Shown here in pieces: positions 1 through 8,352 of a DNA stretch of 11,947 nt (positions are counted from its first letter, which is position 1; the number at the start of each line of letters is the position of its first letter). Below the pieces are notes generated by a model that saw nothing but the letters and a program-made list of their open reading frames with translations, searched no databases and had not been told where the DNA came from. The stretch is from the NCBI RefSeq assembly GCF_006345805.1, contig NW_021826720.1:1-11947 (forward strand), in the 5' to 3' direction. This stretch comes from Octopus sinensis (Eukaryota). The position numbers and the translations under genes are program-made.

Positions 1-216
1 TTGACAAGGAAACTGTGTGGAAACACATCGGATCGCTCGTAATTAGCATTTAAACATTGCAGAATGTGACACATTATCAGAATGTATCACATTGATTCGG
101 CCTCCTTTCATTGAACGGGATTCTTCAAGCACTCACACGCTGGTTCATTCAGCCTCGTTGTTCAAGTGTGTGGACAGCATAATTTTCATGCTCCAAAATC
201 CTGACCGACATATTGA

Positions 217-415
<199 letters not shown>

Positions 416-1631
416 ATCCATGCAATAGAAATAATATTAGTCAGAAGAAAAAGAAATGGAAAGGAATTGTTCCATTATTTATATATCGGTACACAACCTC
501 CTCAAATTTTCCAAGAAACTGAAATAGTAGGAACTTATATAGTTCAAGATAGGTAAGTGGGATCAAAATGTGTAATTTCTGAATTTACGTTGTTTTCTGC
601 ATTCTTGCTTGAAAACTTTGCATCGCTTGTGTTGTATCATAACTTTGTATTGTTGCGTCATCTTCGGGAGTAGAAACCGGTTAGTACTTTTGCAGTATTT
701 TCAGTTGAAAGAGTTTGAAACTAATCATGTTTTTCAAGAAATATTTCCTCATCTTTCGCCTGATAGTATTTGAGGTTGCTAATAAAACATCTCAATAATA
801 TTTAGTGATTAACAAACAAAATTCTTTATTCTGTTGGATTTCATGTTGATTTTTTTCCACACAAATGATACTTTGCAAGTTTCAAAAGTGATGTGTTAAC
901 TATGGTAAAACGAGTAATGACCAATTTTAATAATTCTATCTCTTTAACTCCACGTGCGTAATCATATCATAAAGGGAGTCACTCCAGCAGATCATGAAGA
1001 AGCTATAAACTCTATTTTATTTTAAGTTTTTTTAATTTGGTCGAGGTTCCTTATTTCATATCATGTGTCATTTTCCCACGATCCTCTTTCATTCAATCTA
1101 GATATTTAAATTTTTGTTTTTTGTTTTTTCGCATTTCTGATCTTTCTAATGAAAAAAGATAAATATTGAGGTATAAGAGTGCTTTCTCAAATGTAATTCT
1201 AGAGAATTTGAAGAGGTAAATTTATCTTATTTTATGATACTCATTTTGATTCACCGAAATTTGTTTTTATATGCTCAAGGAGATAAATTATACGCTCAAA
1301 GAGACCAGAAATAATTTTCTGAAATTGTTTACTGAATATGTTATGAGGTTGTAACGATGTTGGTTGCAACGTGTTCGAATTTAACAATGTAACACTGTCA
1401 CAATGGAGTGTATGTAGAAATAAATTTCAAAAGGCATGTTTATTAAAAGAACATAGTAATTTTATTTGGATTGCTGACAAGTATTGAGAGAAGCAAGCAT
1501 ATATATGTAGGAGTCAGAGGGATGTTATGGAAATTTACAGTTGTATAAGTAGTTTAGAATTTTACGGTGCTCAGGTTGTAAGAAAAACAGGTTATAACGC
1601 GTAATAAAACAAGTAATAACTGGTGGTACGA

Positions 1632-1746
1632 AGATCTGTACGCTGACGGTTGTGCCGCTGTGTTCGCTGACGGTCGCAGGATCTGTTCGCAGACGGTCGT
1701 TGGATTTGGTCACTGATTGTCATGGAGATCTGTTCGCAATCGGTTG
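1632..1746. repeat. Minisatellite of five degenerate ~23-24 bp units (core RGATCTGTTCGCWGACGGTYG)
   Basis: Units start at 1632 (agatctgtacgctgacggttg), 1656, 1679 (ggatctgttcgcagacggtcg), 1702 (15/21 match) and 1726 (agatctgttcgcaatcggttg). Confidence 0.8.
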
Positions 1747-1778
1747 TGGCGTCGAGGTCTACTACTGACTGACTGCTG

Positions 1779-1811
1779 CTTTTATAGATACACGACCAGC
1801 TCTGATTGGCT
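1779..1811 (-). promoter_or_regulatory. Pol II core-promoter-like module: CCAAT box plus TATA box
   Basis: Minus strand reads AGCCAATCAGA (1811-1801, NF-Y-type) then TATAAAAG (1786-1779), followed by TCAGT Inr-like motifs. Motif match only. Confidence 0.45.
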
Positions 1812-2051
1812 ACGGTTGCCAAAACACAATTGTGCTAATCCGCAAATTATTGCTTCCTTAACTCTCTGCAGTTTTTAATGCAATGCATTTAGTGAAGGTC
1901 ATTTTCTTAGCTGGTACATTCTTATAAAATAGTGAACATGAATAAAACAACAACAACAAAAAAATGTTCTCTTTTTCTGGCTCAAAAATGCCCAGTTCTA
2001 TATTTAAGAGATGAGGAATTATGTACATTTTTACATTATTTGCAATTGACG

Positions 2052-2132
2052 CACACACTAATACACACACACACACGCACACACACAACACACACACGTA
2101 CACACACACACACACACACACAAACACACATA
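2052..2132 (+). repeat. (CA)n microsatellite, interrupted
   Basis: acacacac runs with cgca/cgta interruptions. Confidence 0.95.
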
Positions 2133-2176
2133 TATGCCAGTGCCAGGCCTTGAAAGATACACATATTGATTCTGTG

Positions 2177-2348
2177 TAGCCGCTGTAGGCAATATTTTTC
2201 CGTCTATAGGGTTATATTAACCGGAATTTCTAAAGGTGTTTTCAAACAGTTCGAGACTTTCCTTCTTTCTAAAAATATGTCAGTGAGTCAACTTTTAGAA
2301 TTTTTGCTTATATATACATAAATAAAAAATACTAGCGCGCAGCGGCTA
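2177..2348. mobile_element. Small element bounded by short inverted repeats (MITE-like)
   Basis: TAGCCGCTG (2177-2185) is the exact reverse complement of CAGCGGCTA (2340-2348). Further inward both arms carry a TATTTTT motif, and the outer TA could be a TA target duplication. Confidence 0.35.
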
Positions 2349-2425
2349 GGTAATTAAAGCCCGTACCTCACGCTATATATATATATATATATATATATAT
2401 TTGGAGTGCTTTGGAAATTCCTTGA

Positions 2426-2570
2426 TATAGTTATATTTGTAGAGAAGATTTTTTTTCTCAAAGAGTTAAGATTGAGAATCCCTTCCCAAAGATTAGTCCC
2501 TTTCGACTTTCTAAAAAGGTTCTTTTTCAAATCATAACTCTTTGAGAAAAAATCTTTCCAAATATCTATA
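2426..2570. mobile_element. Foldback / MITE-like element, ~50 bp arms and ~43 bp spacer
   Basis: aagattttttttctcaaagagtta (2445-2468) pairs with taactctttgagaaaaaatctt (2535-2556). Similarity extends outward to tatag...ctata and inward to ~2478/2522. Confidence 0.7.
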
Positions 2571-2680
2571 TATGCGTGTGTGTGTGTGTTATACATATAT
2601 ATATATATATTTATATATATATATATTATATATATATGTATGGGAGTGTGTGTGTGTGTATGTCTATATATGTCTGTGCG
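2566..2680. repeat. Compound (TG)n/(TA)n microsatellite
   Basis: Alternating tg and ta runs. Confidence 0.9.
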
Positions 2681-3057
2681 TCTGTGTAGTGGGTGGAGAG
2701 GGGGTTTCTCTGTGTATATGTTTGTATGATTGTGGTGAATACAGGCGTGTAAAATGTCCGAGTGATCGTGTCTGCTCTCTTATTCGTCTGCAAAATATAT
2801 GTTTTGCATTGGAGATAAGTAACTGTATTTTCAGTCAAAATACATTGTTGTCTTGATGAATCGCTTGATTCAAATTACAAATACTTATGCTGGAGCTAGA
2901 AGGGCACAACTGCCATTATATCTTCCTTTATATATTATTTCAAATTTTGATGTTGTTGTATCAAATGAACGACAAGTCCAATGGACGATCTACTTATATT
3001 ACCAATGGATACTGCTTAAGTTTGTAACACGTGCCATTTTACATCATATGATACACT

Positions 3058-3078
3058 CATATATATATATATTATATA

Positions 3079-3146
<68 letters not shown>

Positions 3147-3269
3147 GTATATATAGTTATGTATATATGCTATACGTACTTATGTGTATGTATACGTACA
3201 TATAAATTTATGTGTGTATTTGAGTGAATGCGTATATGTATACAGACACACACACATATACACACACAC

Positions 3270-3314
<45 letters not shown>

Positions 3315-3338
3315 TATTATATATATATATATATATAT
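3058..3338. repeat. Compound (TA)n/(CA)n microsatellite
   Basis: Long interrupted ta runs with tg/ca patches. Confidence 0.95.
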
Positions 3339-3406
3339 GCTTGCGATGCAATTGGATTTTTATACGGTGTCGTGATTTACAGTCCTGTAAATAATAACAA
3401 TGTCAT

Positions 3407-3664
3407 TTTTATATAAACTTAAAGCTCATGGCGATCACCGTGCAATGGTTAAGGAAAATAGTCTAATAAAGGGGCATATTAGCCCTCAACAGAAAAAAAA
3501 TTAAGGCTTTTCTATCCGCGTGGGGAACGAACCCACACCCCCTTGTTAACGTGACTGGGTTACCTTTACACGGTTAGGAAATCGAGGGCTTATATGCCCC
3601 TTTATTAGTCTATTTTCTTTTTCCATTGCTCGGTGATCTCCATAACCTTTAAGCTTATATAAAA
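3407..3664. mobile_element. Non-autonomous TIR element, 81 bp TIRs around a 96 bp spacer
   Basis: 3407-3487 versus the reverse complement of 3584-3664 aligns without gaps with 10 mismatches in 81 bp by hand count. The right end abuts (TA)n. Confidence 0.85.
3511..3583 (-). other. Degenerate tRNA-like (Pol III type-2 promoter-like) core in the TIR element spacer
   Basis: Minus strand has a T-arm GTGGG-TTCGTTC-CCCAC (perfect 5 bp stem, 7 nt loop, B-box-like), a 3 bp D-arm-like ACC/GGT hairpin and partial acceptor pairing. The anticodon arm does not pair, so it is not a functional tRNA. Confidence 0.5.
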
Positions 3665-3668
3665 TACC

Positions 3669-3701
<33 letters not shown>

Positions 3702-4202
3702 GATATATATGATCTATATATAAAAATACTAAAACATAATGTGTACGTATAATACATAGGCATATAGATATATATTAACATTCGTATGTAAATATGTATT
3801 TAATTCCGTACGATTGCTTGCTCGTATATAATAGTGTGAGTGTGTATACGTATGTGTGTGTTTGTACATTGTGTATTGCTTACTAAACATTGAACGCATA
3901 TGTACAAATATATATATTTACCACATTTATAAACTAAACAAACATACACATATTATATTCTTAAAAGAAATTTGATATTTTAAAGAACAAAGAAAAAGCG
4001 AAGAAAAGGAAAAGCAATGAAAATCATTTTTCTTTTCAAAAAGTAGAGTAATGTGGAGCCAATCTTTGTAAGATTACCGTTTGAATCGTTTAACCTATAA
4101 TTAATCGTGTGCAGGATTGTCAAACAGATCCACACGCGCATTTGAATGATTGCAGATCATGTTGCCTCACACATGCAGCGGGATTCGTGGCCACACTTTT
4201 TC

Positions 4203-4500
4203 TATGTGTGCGTGTTATGTGTGTATGTGTGTGTGAGTGTGTGTGTATGTTTGTGTAAGTGTGTAAGTGTGTATGTGTGTATTTGTGGATGTGTATGCAT
4301 GTATAAAATATGTATATACATATGTATATTTGTATAAATATATATAATATATGTATGGGTGTATTTATATGTATATATATATATATACACACACGCACAC
4401 ACGCACACGTATATTTGTATGCATATATATTATGAAATATATATATTTATATATACGTATGTGTGTATATATATATTTGTATGTATAAATATATATACAT
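4203..4500. repeat. Compound (TG)n/(TA)n/(CA)n microsatellite
   Basis: Low-complexity dinucleotide runs throughout. Confidence 0.92.
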
Positions 4501-4850
4501 ACATAAATTAACAGAATGAAATTTAAAAAAAACTCAAGGCTGTGAAAGATTTCAAAACATTTATAAAACGGTCTTACAGCTGTTTCCGGTATATTTTGTA
4601 TATCCGTTCATCAGAGACGGTGTGAGAAAATGGTTAAGCAATAGTTATTATAGAGAAGATATGAAATACAGAGTGAAGTGGAAGAATGTAAACAGACGCG
4701 AGATACGTAGGGATATTGCTTCGGCAGATCCATTATTTAAACAGAATGGTATACATATATATGCTTCCTGTACCTTGTATGCAAGTTCTAATGGTATTTA
4801 TAATTGGTCATTCCAAAGCATAGTCTTGTAAAATGTGTTATTCGATCGAG

Positions 4851-4852
<2 letters not shown>
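4501..4852 (-). mobile_element. Probable Penelope-like element (PLE) pLTR remnant
   Basis: ~350 bp non-microsatellite island between two TA-rich arrays that carries a PLE-type minimal hammerhead. No RT or GIY-YIG ORF recognised; boundaries are inferred from the microsatellite edges. Confidence 0.6.
4571..4618 (-). ncRNA. Minimal type I hammerhead ribozyme (PLE-type, palindromic stem III)
   Basis: Minus strand: GUCU-CUGAUGA-A-CGG(A)UAUA-CAAAA-UAUACCG-GAAA-CAGCU-GUA-AGAC. Stem I is GUCU/AGAC, stem II is 7 bp with one bulged A, and the core is CUGAUGA + GAAA. It has an 8 nt palindrome ACAGCUGU and a GUA cleavage triplet (cut predicted between 4575 and 4574). Confidence 0.85.
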
Positions 4853-4897
<45 letters not shown>

Positions 4898-4990
4898 GTT
4901 TATATATATGTATAAACATATGTATGTATATGTGTATATACATACATGCAAACAAACTGGCACCCATACATGAATATATATACACACACG
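4853..4990. repeat. (TA)n then mixed TA/TG/CA microsatellite
   Basis: Perfect ta run 4853-4894, then degenerate. Confidence 0.95.
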
Positions 4991-4994
4991 ATAC

Positions 4995-5155
4995 GCTTCC
5001 ACGCAGTTTCCACCATTCAATTTCACTCACAGCACATTGACGCGCCTCGGGTTAGAGCAGAAGTTCTCCTCTCTACACCCGAGGTACCTACCACTGGGAC
5101 TGATCACAAAAGCACCTGGCTACAAGGCGAGATTTTCCTCTATCACACAACCACG
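4995..5155 (-). mobile_element. Old SINE, family 2 (5' head and central region)
   Basis: Shares GCTTCCACGCAGTTTCC exactly with 9520-9536 and further motifs (agcagaag, tgggactga vs tgggattga). The minus strand resembles a tRNA-type SINE head recalled from octopus. Confidence 0.65.
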
Positions 5156-5778
5156 GATCCACTTGCTGGAGATCAATTTCAGATTTTATTAAGTACGAAC
5201 CTTAAAGCATATGAAAACACACGGAAGAAACAAGACAGAAAAGACTTGTTATGACGACAGAACTCGCAACATCACGTATTCAGTTGTGAAAATTAAAATC
5301 CTTAGTAGAACAACAATCGCTTTTCAGAGACTGTCAACAACACAATATTTATAACAAACCATGAAACTTAAAATATCTGTAAGACCATGGATGAATTTTT
5401 TATCGATGTTGTTTTCTTTTCAGTAAAGAACTTCAGGCAAATAAGGAGGACACACAGTTACTTCTTGGTGTTCCCTTTTTGTTTTTGGTTATCAACACGA
5501 ACACTAAAACATCTAACACAATTAGTACTACCACAGTTATTAGGTTTTGTTTCAAATTTATGCTTTAGTTGATGCATAAACTAAAGAAACTATCTATATA
5601 TTATTGATTGAATTACGTACAATAATTCTGTTCAATGGATATTTTGTTTTTATATAAAGTCTTTATATATATATTATGATTGAATTATTTATAATTTCCT
5701 TCAAAGAGACTTTCTACGTAAAGTATGTAAAGTTTTTTTTTATTAAATTACTAATAATTTTGTTAAAATTACATATGT

Positions 5779-5837
5779 GGTGCTCCAGCATGACCGCAGC
5801 TGCATGGGTGAAACGAGTAAAAGAAAAAATAAAAGAA
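5779..5837 (+). mobile_element. 3' tail fragment of SINE family 2 (or its partner LINE)
   Basis: ggtgctccagcatgaccgcag...gaaacgagtaaaaga resembles the reverse complement of 9359-9380 (ctccagcctggccgtac) and ends in an A-rich tail. Confidence 0.55.
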
Positions 5838-5915
5838 TGTACATATATATTATATACACATATACCTACATACATATATACATATATACATATACATATA
5901 TACCATAATATATAT

Positions 5916-5978
<63 letters not shown>

Positions 5979-6072
5979 TACATATATGTACACTCACCTA
6001 TGCACACAGATACCAACGTGCATATATATATATATATGTGTGTGTGTGGTGTGTGTGTGTGTGTGCATGTGC
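5838..6072. repeat. Compound (TACA)/(TA)n/(TG)n microsatellite
   Basis: Low-complexity runs including a long perfect ta tract. Confidence 0.93.
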
Positions 6073-6185
6073 GTTAAAAGGATATCTGTACATATAAGGG
6101 CATTGTAAGCAGCCTATTGTATACTTCTTTCCATAATTAAAAGACCTCGCCCTGCTGTAAAAGTTCTAGTTCTTTTACTCTCTTA

Positions 6186-6330
6186 GAGTTCAAAACCTAC
6201 CGAGTTCAGCTTTGCCTTTTATCTTTCTGGAATCGATAAACAAAAAGTACCAATCAAGTACTGGTTCGATACCATCGACTTTTTTCCCTCCCCTTTTACA
6301 AATTTGAGACTGTGTGCCTGTATTAAAAAA
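6186..6330 (+). mobile_element. Old, diverged SINE family 1 copy (B-type tail)
   Basis: gagttcaaa...ctttgcctttt...tcgataaa...aagtacca...tcga...atcgact...tgtgcct is collinear with the copies at 6917-7115 and 7347-7500. Confidence 0.7.
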
Positions 6331-6477
6331 AAAACATAATTAAGAAGTTCACTGCATAAACAAATTTATTTAACAACTTTTGACAACAAAGCAATATGAA
6401 AAATAAAACTGGAAATACATATCGTTATTCGGGGTATTCGGATACACAACGACATATACATGAACATACAAAGACAC

Positions 6478-6706
6478 AAGGCGGCGAGCTAGCACTAACG
6501 TTAGTACGCCGGGCGCAATGCTTAGCGGTATTTGGTCTGCCGTTACGTTCAAATTACGCCGAGGTCGACTTTGCCATTCATCGTTTAGGGGTCGATAAAT
6601 AAAGTACCAGTTACGCTCTGGGGTCGATGTAATCGACTTTATCCCTTGGTGTGTTCTTGTTTGTCCCCTCTATATTTAGCCCCTTATAGGCAATAAAGCA
6701 ATAAGG
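6478..6706 (+). mobile_element. SINE family 1, full length, A-type tail (copy 1)
   Basis: Head aaggcggcgagct..., tRNA-like region with a B-box-like gttcaaat, tail ...tttagcccctt...caataaagcaataag. Has a 7 bp deletion (tgagttc) relative to copies 3-5. Confidence 0.85.
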
Positions 6707-6916
6707 AACGTTAGCACGCCGGGCGAAATGCTTAGCGGTATTTGGTCTGCCGTTACGTTCAAATTACGCCGAGGTCGACTTTGCCATTCATCGTTTAGGG
6801 GTCGATAAATAAAGTACCAGTTACGCTCTGGGGTCGATGTAATCGACTTTATCCCTTGGTGTGTCCTTGTTTGTCCCCTCTATATTTAGCCCCTTATGGG
6901 CAATAAAGCAATAAGG
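6707..6916 (+). mobile_element. SINE family 1, 210 bp tandem duplicate (copy 2)
   Basis: Four mismatches to 6497-6706 (6505/6715, 6516/6726, 6655/6865, 6688/6898); shares the 7 bp deletion. Confidence 0.92.
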
Positions 6917-7115
6917 AACGTTAGCACGCCGGGCGAAATGCATAGCTGTATTTCGTCTTGCTTTACATTCTGAGTTCAAATTCCGCCGCGGTCGACTTTG
7001 CCTTTCATCATTTCGGGATCGATGAATTAAGTATCAGTTGCGTCCTGGTGTCGATCTAATCGACTCTCCCTTCCCCCAAAAGTTCGTGCTTTGTGCCTAG
7101 AGTAGAAAAGAATAT
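6917..7115 (+). mobile_element. SINE family 1, 5'-truncated, B-type tail (copy 3)
   Basis: Starts gaacgttagcacgccgggcg and ends ...ttgtgcctagagtagaaaagaata. Confidence 0.85.
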
Positions 7116-7127
7116 ATCCGTGTATCA

Positions 7128-7346
7128 AAGGTGGCGAGCTGGCAAAAACGTTAGCTTGCCGGGCGAAATACGTAGCTGTATTTCGTCTGCCGTTACGTTC
7201 TGAGTTCAAATTCCGCCGAGGTAGACTTTGCCTTTCAACCTTTCGGGGTCGATAAATAAAGTACCAGTTACGCACTGGGGTCAATGTAATCGACTTAATC
7301 CGTTTGTCTCCTCTATGTTTAGCCCCTTGTGGGCAATAAAGTAATA
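7128..7346 (+). mobile_element. SINE family 1, full length, A-type tail (copy 4)
   Basis: aaggtggcgagctggcaaaaacgttagc...gagttcaaattccgccgagg...gggcaataaagtaata. Confidence 0.88.
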
Positions 7347-7500
7347 GGTATTTCGTCTCTCTTTACGTTCTGAGTTCAAATTCCGTCGAGGTCGAATTTG
7401 ATTTTCATCCTTACGAGGTCGATGAATTAAGTACCAGTTGCATACTAGTGTCGATCTAATCGAATGGCCTACTCCTCCGAAATTTCGGGTCTTGTGCCTT
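7347..7500 (+). mobile_element. SINE family 1, 5'-truncated, B-type tail (copy 5)
   Basis: Starts ggtatttcg and ends ...gaaatttcgggtcttgtgcctt. Confidence 0.85.
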
Positions 7501-7626
7501 GAGGAGAGTCGATTACATTGACCCCTGTACTCCGCTGGTTCTAAATTTAGCGATCTCGAAACGATGATATGCACAGTCGACCCCGGAGGAATTTGAACTC
7601 AGAACATAGCGACAAACGAAATATAC
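7501..7626 (-). mobile_element. SINE family 1, 5'- and 3'-truncated (copy 6)
   Basis: Reverse complement reads gtatatttcg...gttctgagttcaaattcc...ggggtcaatgtaatcgactctcctc. Confidence 0.8.
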
Positions 7627-7860
7627 TTATTTCTTTACTACCCACAAAGGGCTAAACACAGAGAGGACAAACAAAGACAGACAAACAGATTAGGTCAATT
7701 ATATCGATCCCAGTGCGTAACTGGTACTGATTTAATCGACCCCCGAAAGGATGAATGGTAAAGACGACAGCGGCGGAATTTGAACTCAGAACGTAACGGC
7801 AGACAAAATACGATTACGCATTTCGCCCCGCGTGCTAAAGTTTCTGCCAGCTCGACACCT
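7627..7860 (-). mobile_element. SINE family 1, full length, A-type tail (copy 7)
   Basis: Reverse complement reads aggtgtcgagctggcagaaac...gttctgagttcaaattccgccg...tttagccctttgtgggtagtaaagaaataa. Confidence 0.85.
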
Positions 7861-7880
7861 TACTACAACAAAAACTACTT

Positions 7881-7932
<52 letters not shown>

Positions 7933-7961
7933 CACTGTTGCTGCTGCTACTGCTACTACTC
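7861..7961 (+). repeat. (CTA)n trinucleotide microsatellite
   Basis: ctactactac... run decaying into ctg units. Confidence 0.95.
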
Positions 7962-7984
7962 CTTATAATAATATCGCGCACATA

Positions 7985-8101
7985 TGGTTGTGATGCATGT
8001 GCCTAGTGTACCCTTATCAGACGGGTTGTCATGATGGGTATACTGAGCTTCGTCTATTTTACTCCAGTGTCACTTTGATGGCATGCACTGCTCTCTCACT
8101 C
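7985..8101 (+). mobile_element. Probable 3' end of a 5'-truncated LINE (RTE-like)
   Basis: Non-repetitive segment ending ...ggcatgcactgctctctcactc that runs directly into (AAT)n. Trinucleotide tails are typical of RTE-clade LINEs, and the sequence resembles a repeat recalled from octopus (memory, not a search). Confidence 0.45.
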
Positions 8102-8144
<43 letters not shown>

Positions 8145-8298
8145 GTAATAATAATAATGATAATAATAATAACAACGATAATGATGATGATGATGTCGTT
8201 GATAATAATAATAAAAATAATAATAATAACAATGATCATAATAATAATAATAATGATGATGATGATGATGATACTACTAATAAACTTAAATAATGATA

Positions 8299-8352
<54 letters not shown>
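8102..8352 (+). repeat. Compound (AAT)n/(GAT)n/(AAC) trinucleotide microsatellite
   Basis: Long aat runs with gat patches; source of the poly-N/poly-I ORFs. Confidence 0.96.

Larger units (their letters stand above)
1523..1826 (-). mobile_element. LTR-like segment (possible solo LTR)
   Basis: Begins TGTTATGG (1523) and ends CCAAAACA (1826): TG...CA ends with a 7/8 terminal inverted repeat. GC/CpG-richer than the flanks and contains CCAAT+TATA (minus strand) and an internal minisatellite. No target-site duplication seen, so the call is tentative. Confidence 0.4.

Noticed and set aside
2853-3227. 124 aa ORF with a non-repetitive N-terminal half
   Set aside because: No domain recognised, no donor site before it runs into (TA)n; likely chance.
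3511-3583. Functional tRNA gene
   Set aside because: Anticodon stem does not pair, the A box is poor and the T-loop lacks the conserved A; kept only as tRNA-like.
1858-6077. Many ORFs rich in YI/CV/HT dipeptides
   Set aside because: All read through (TA)n/(TG)n/(CA)n arrays; no recognisable domains.
6497-7860. Repeat cluster as a possible CRISPR array
   Set aside because: Units are ~150-230 bp SINE bodies in both orientations with no unique spacers, in eukaryotic DNA with no cas genes.
6370-7968. ORFs overlapping the SINE cluster
   Set aside because: Chance frames across non-coding SINE copies and the (CTA)n run.
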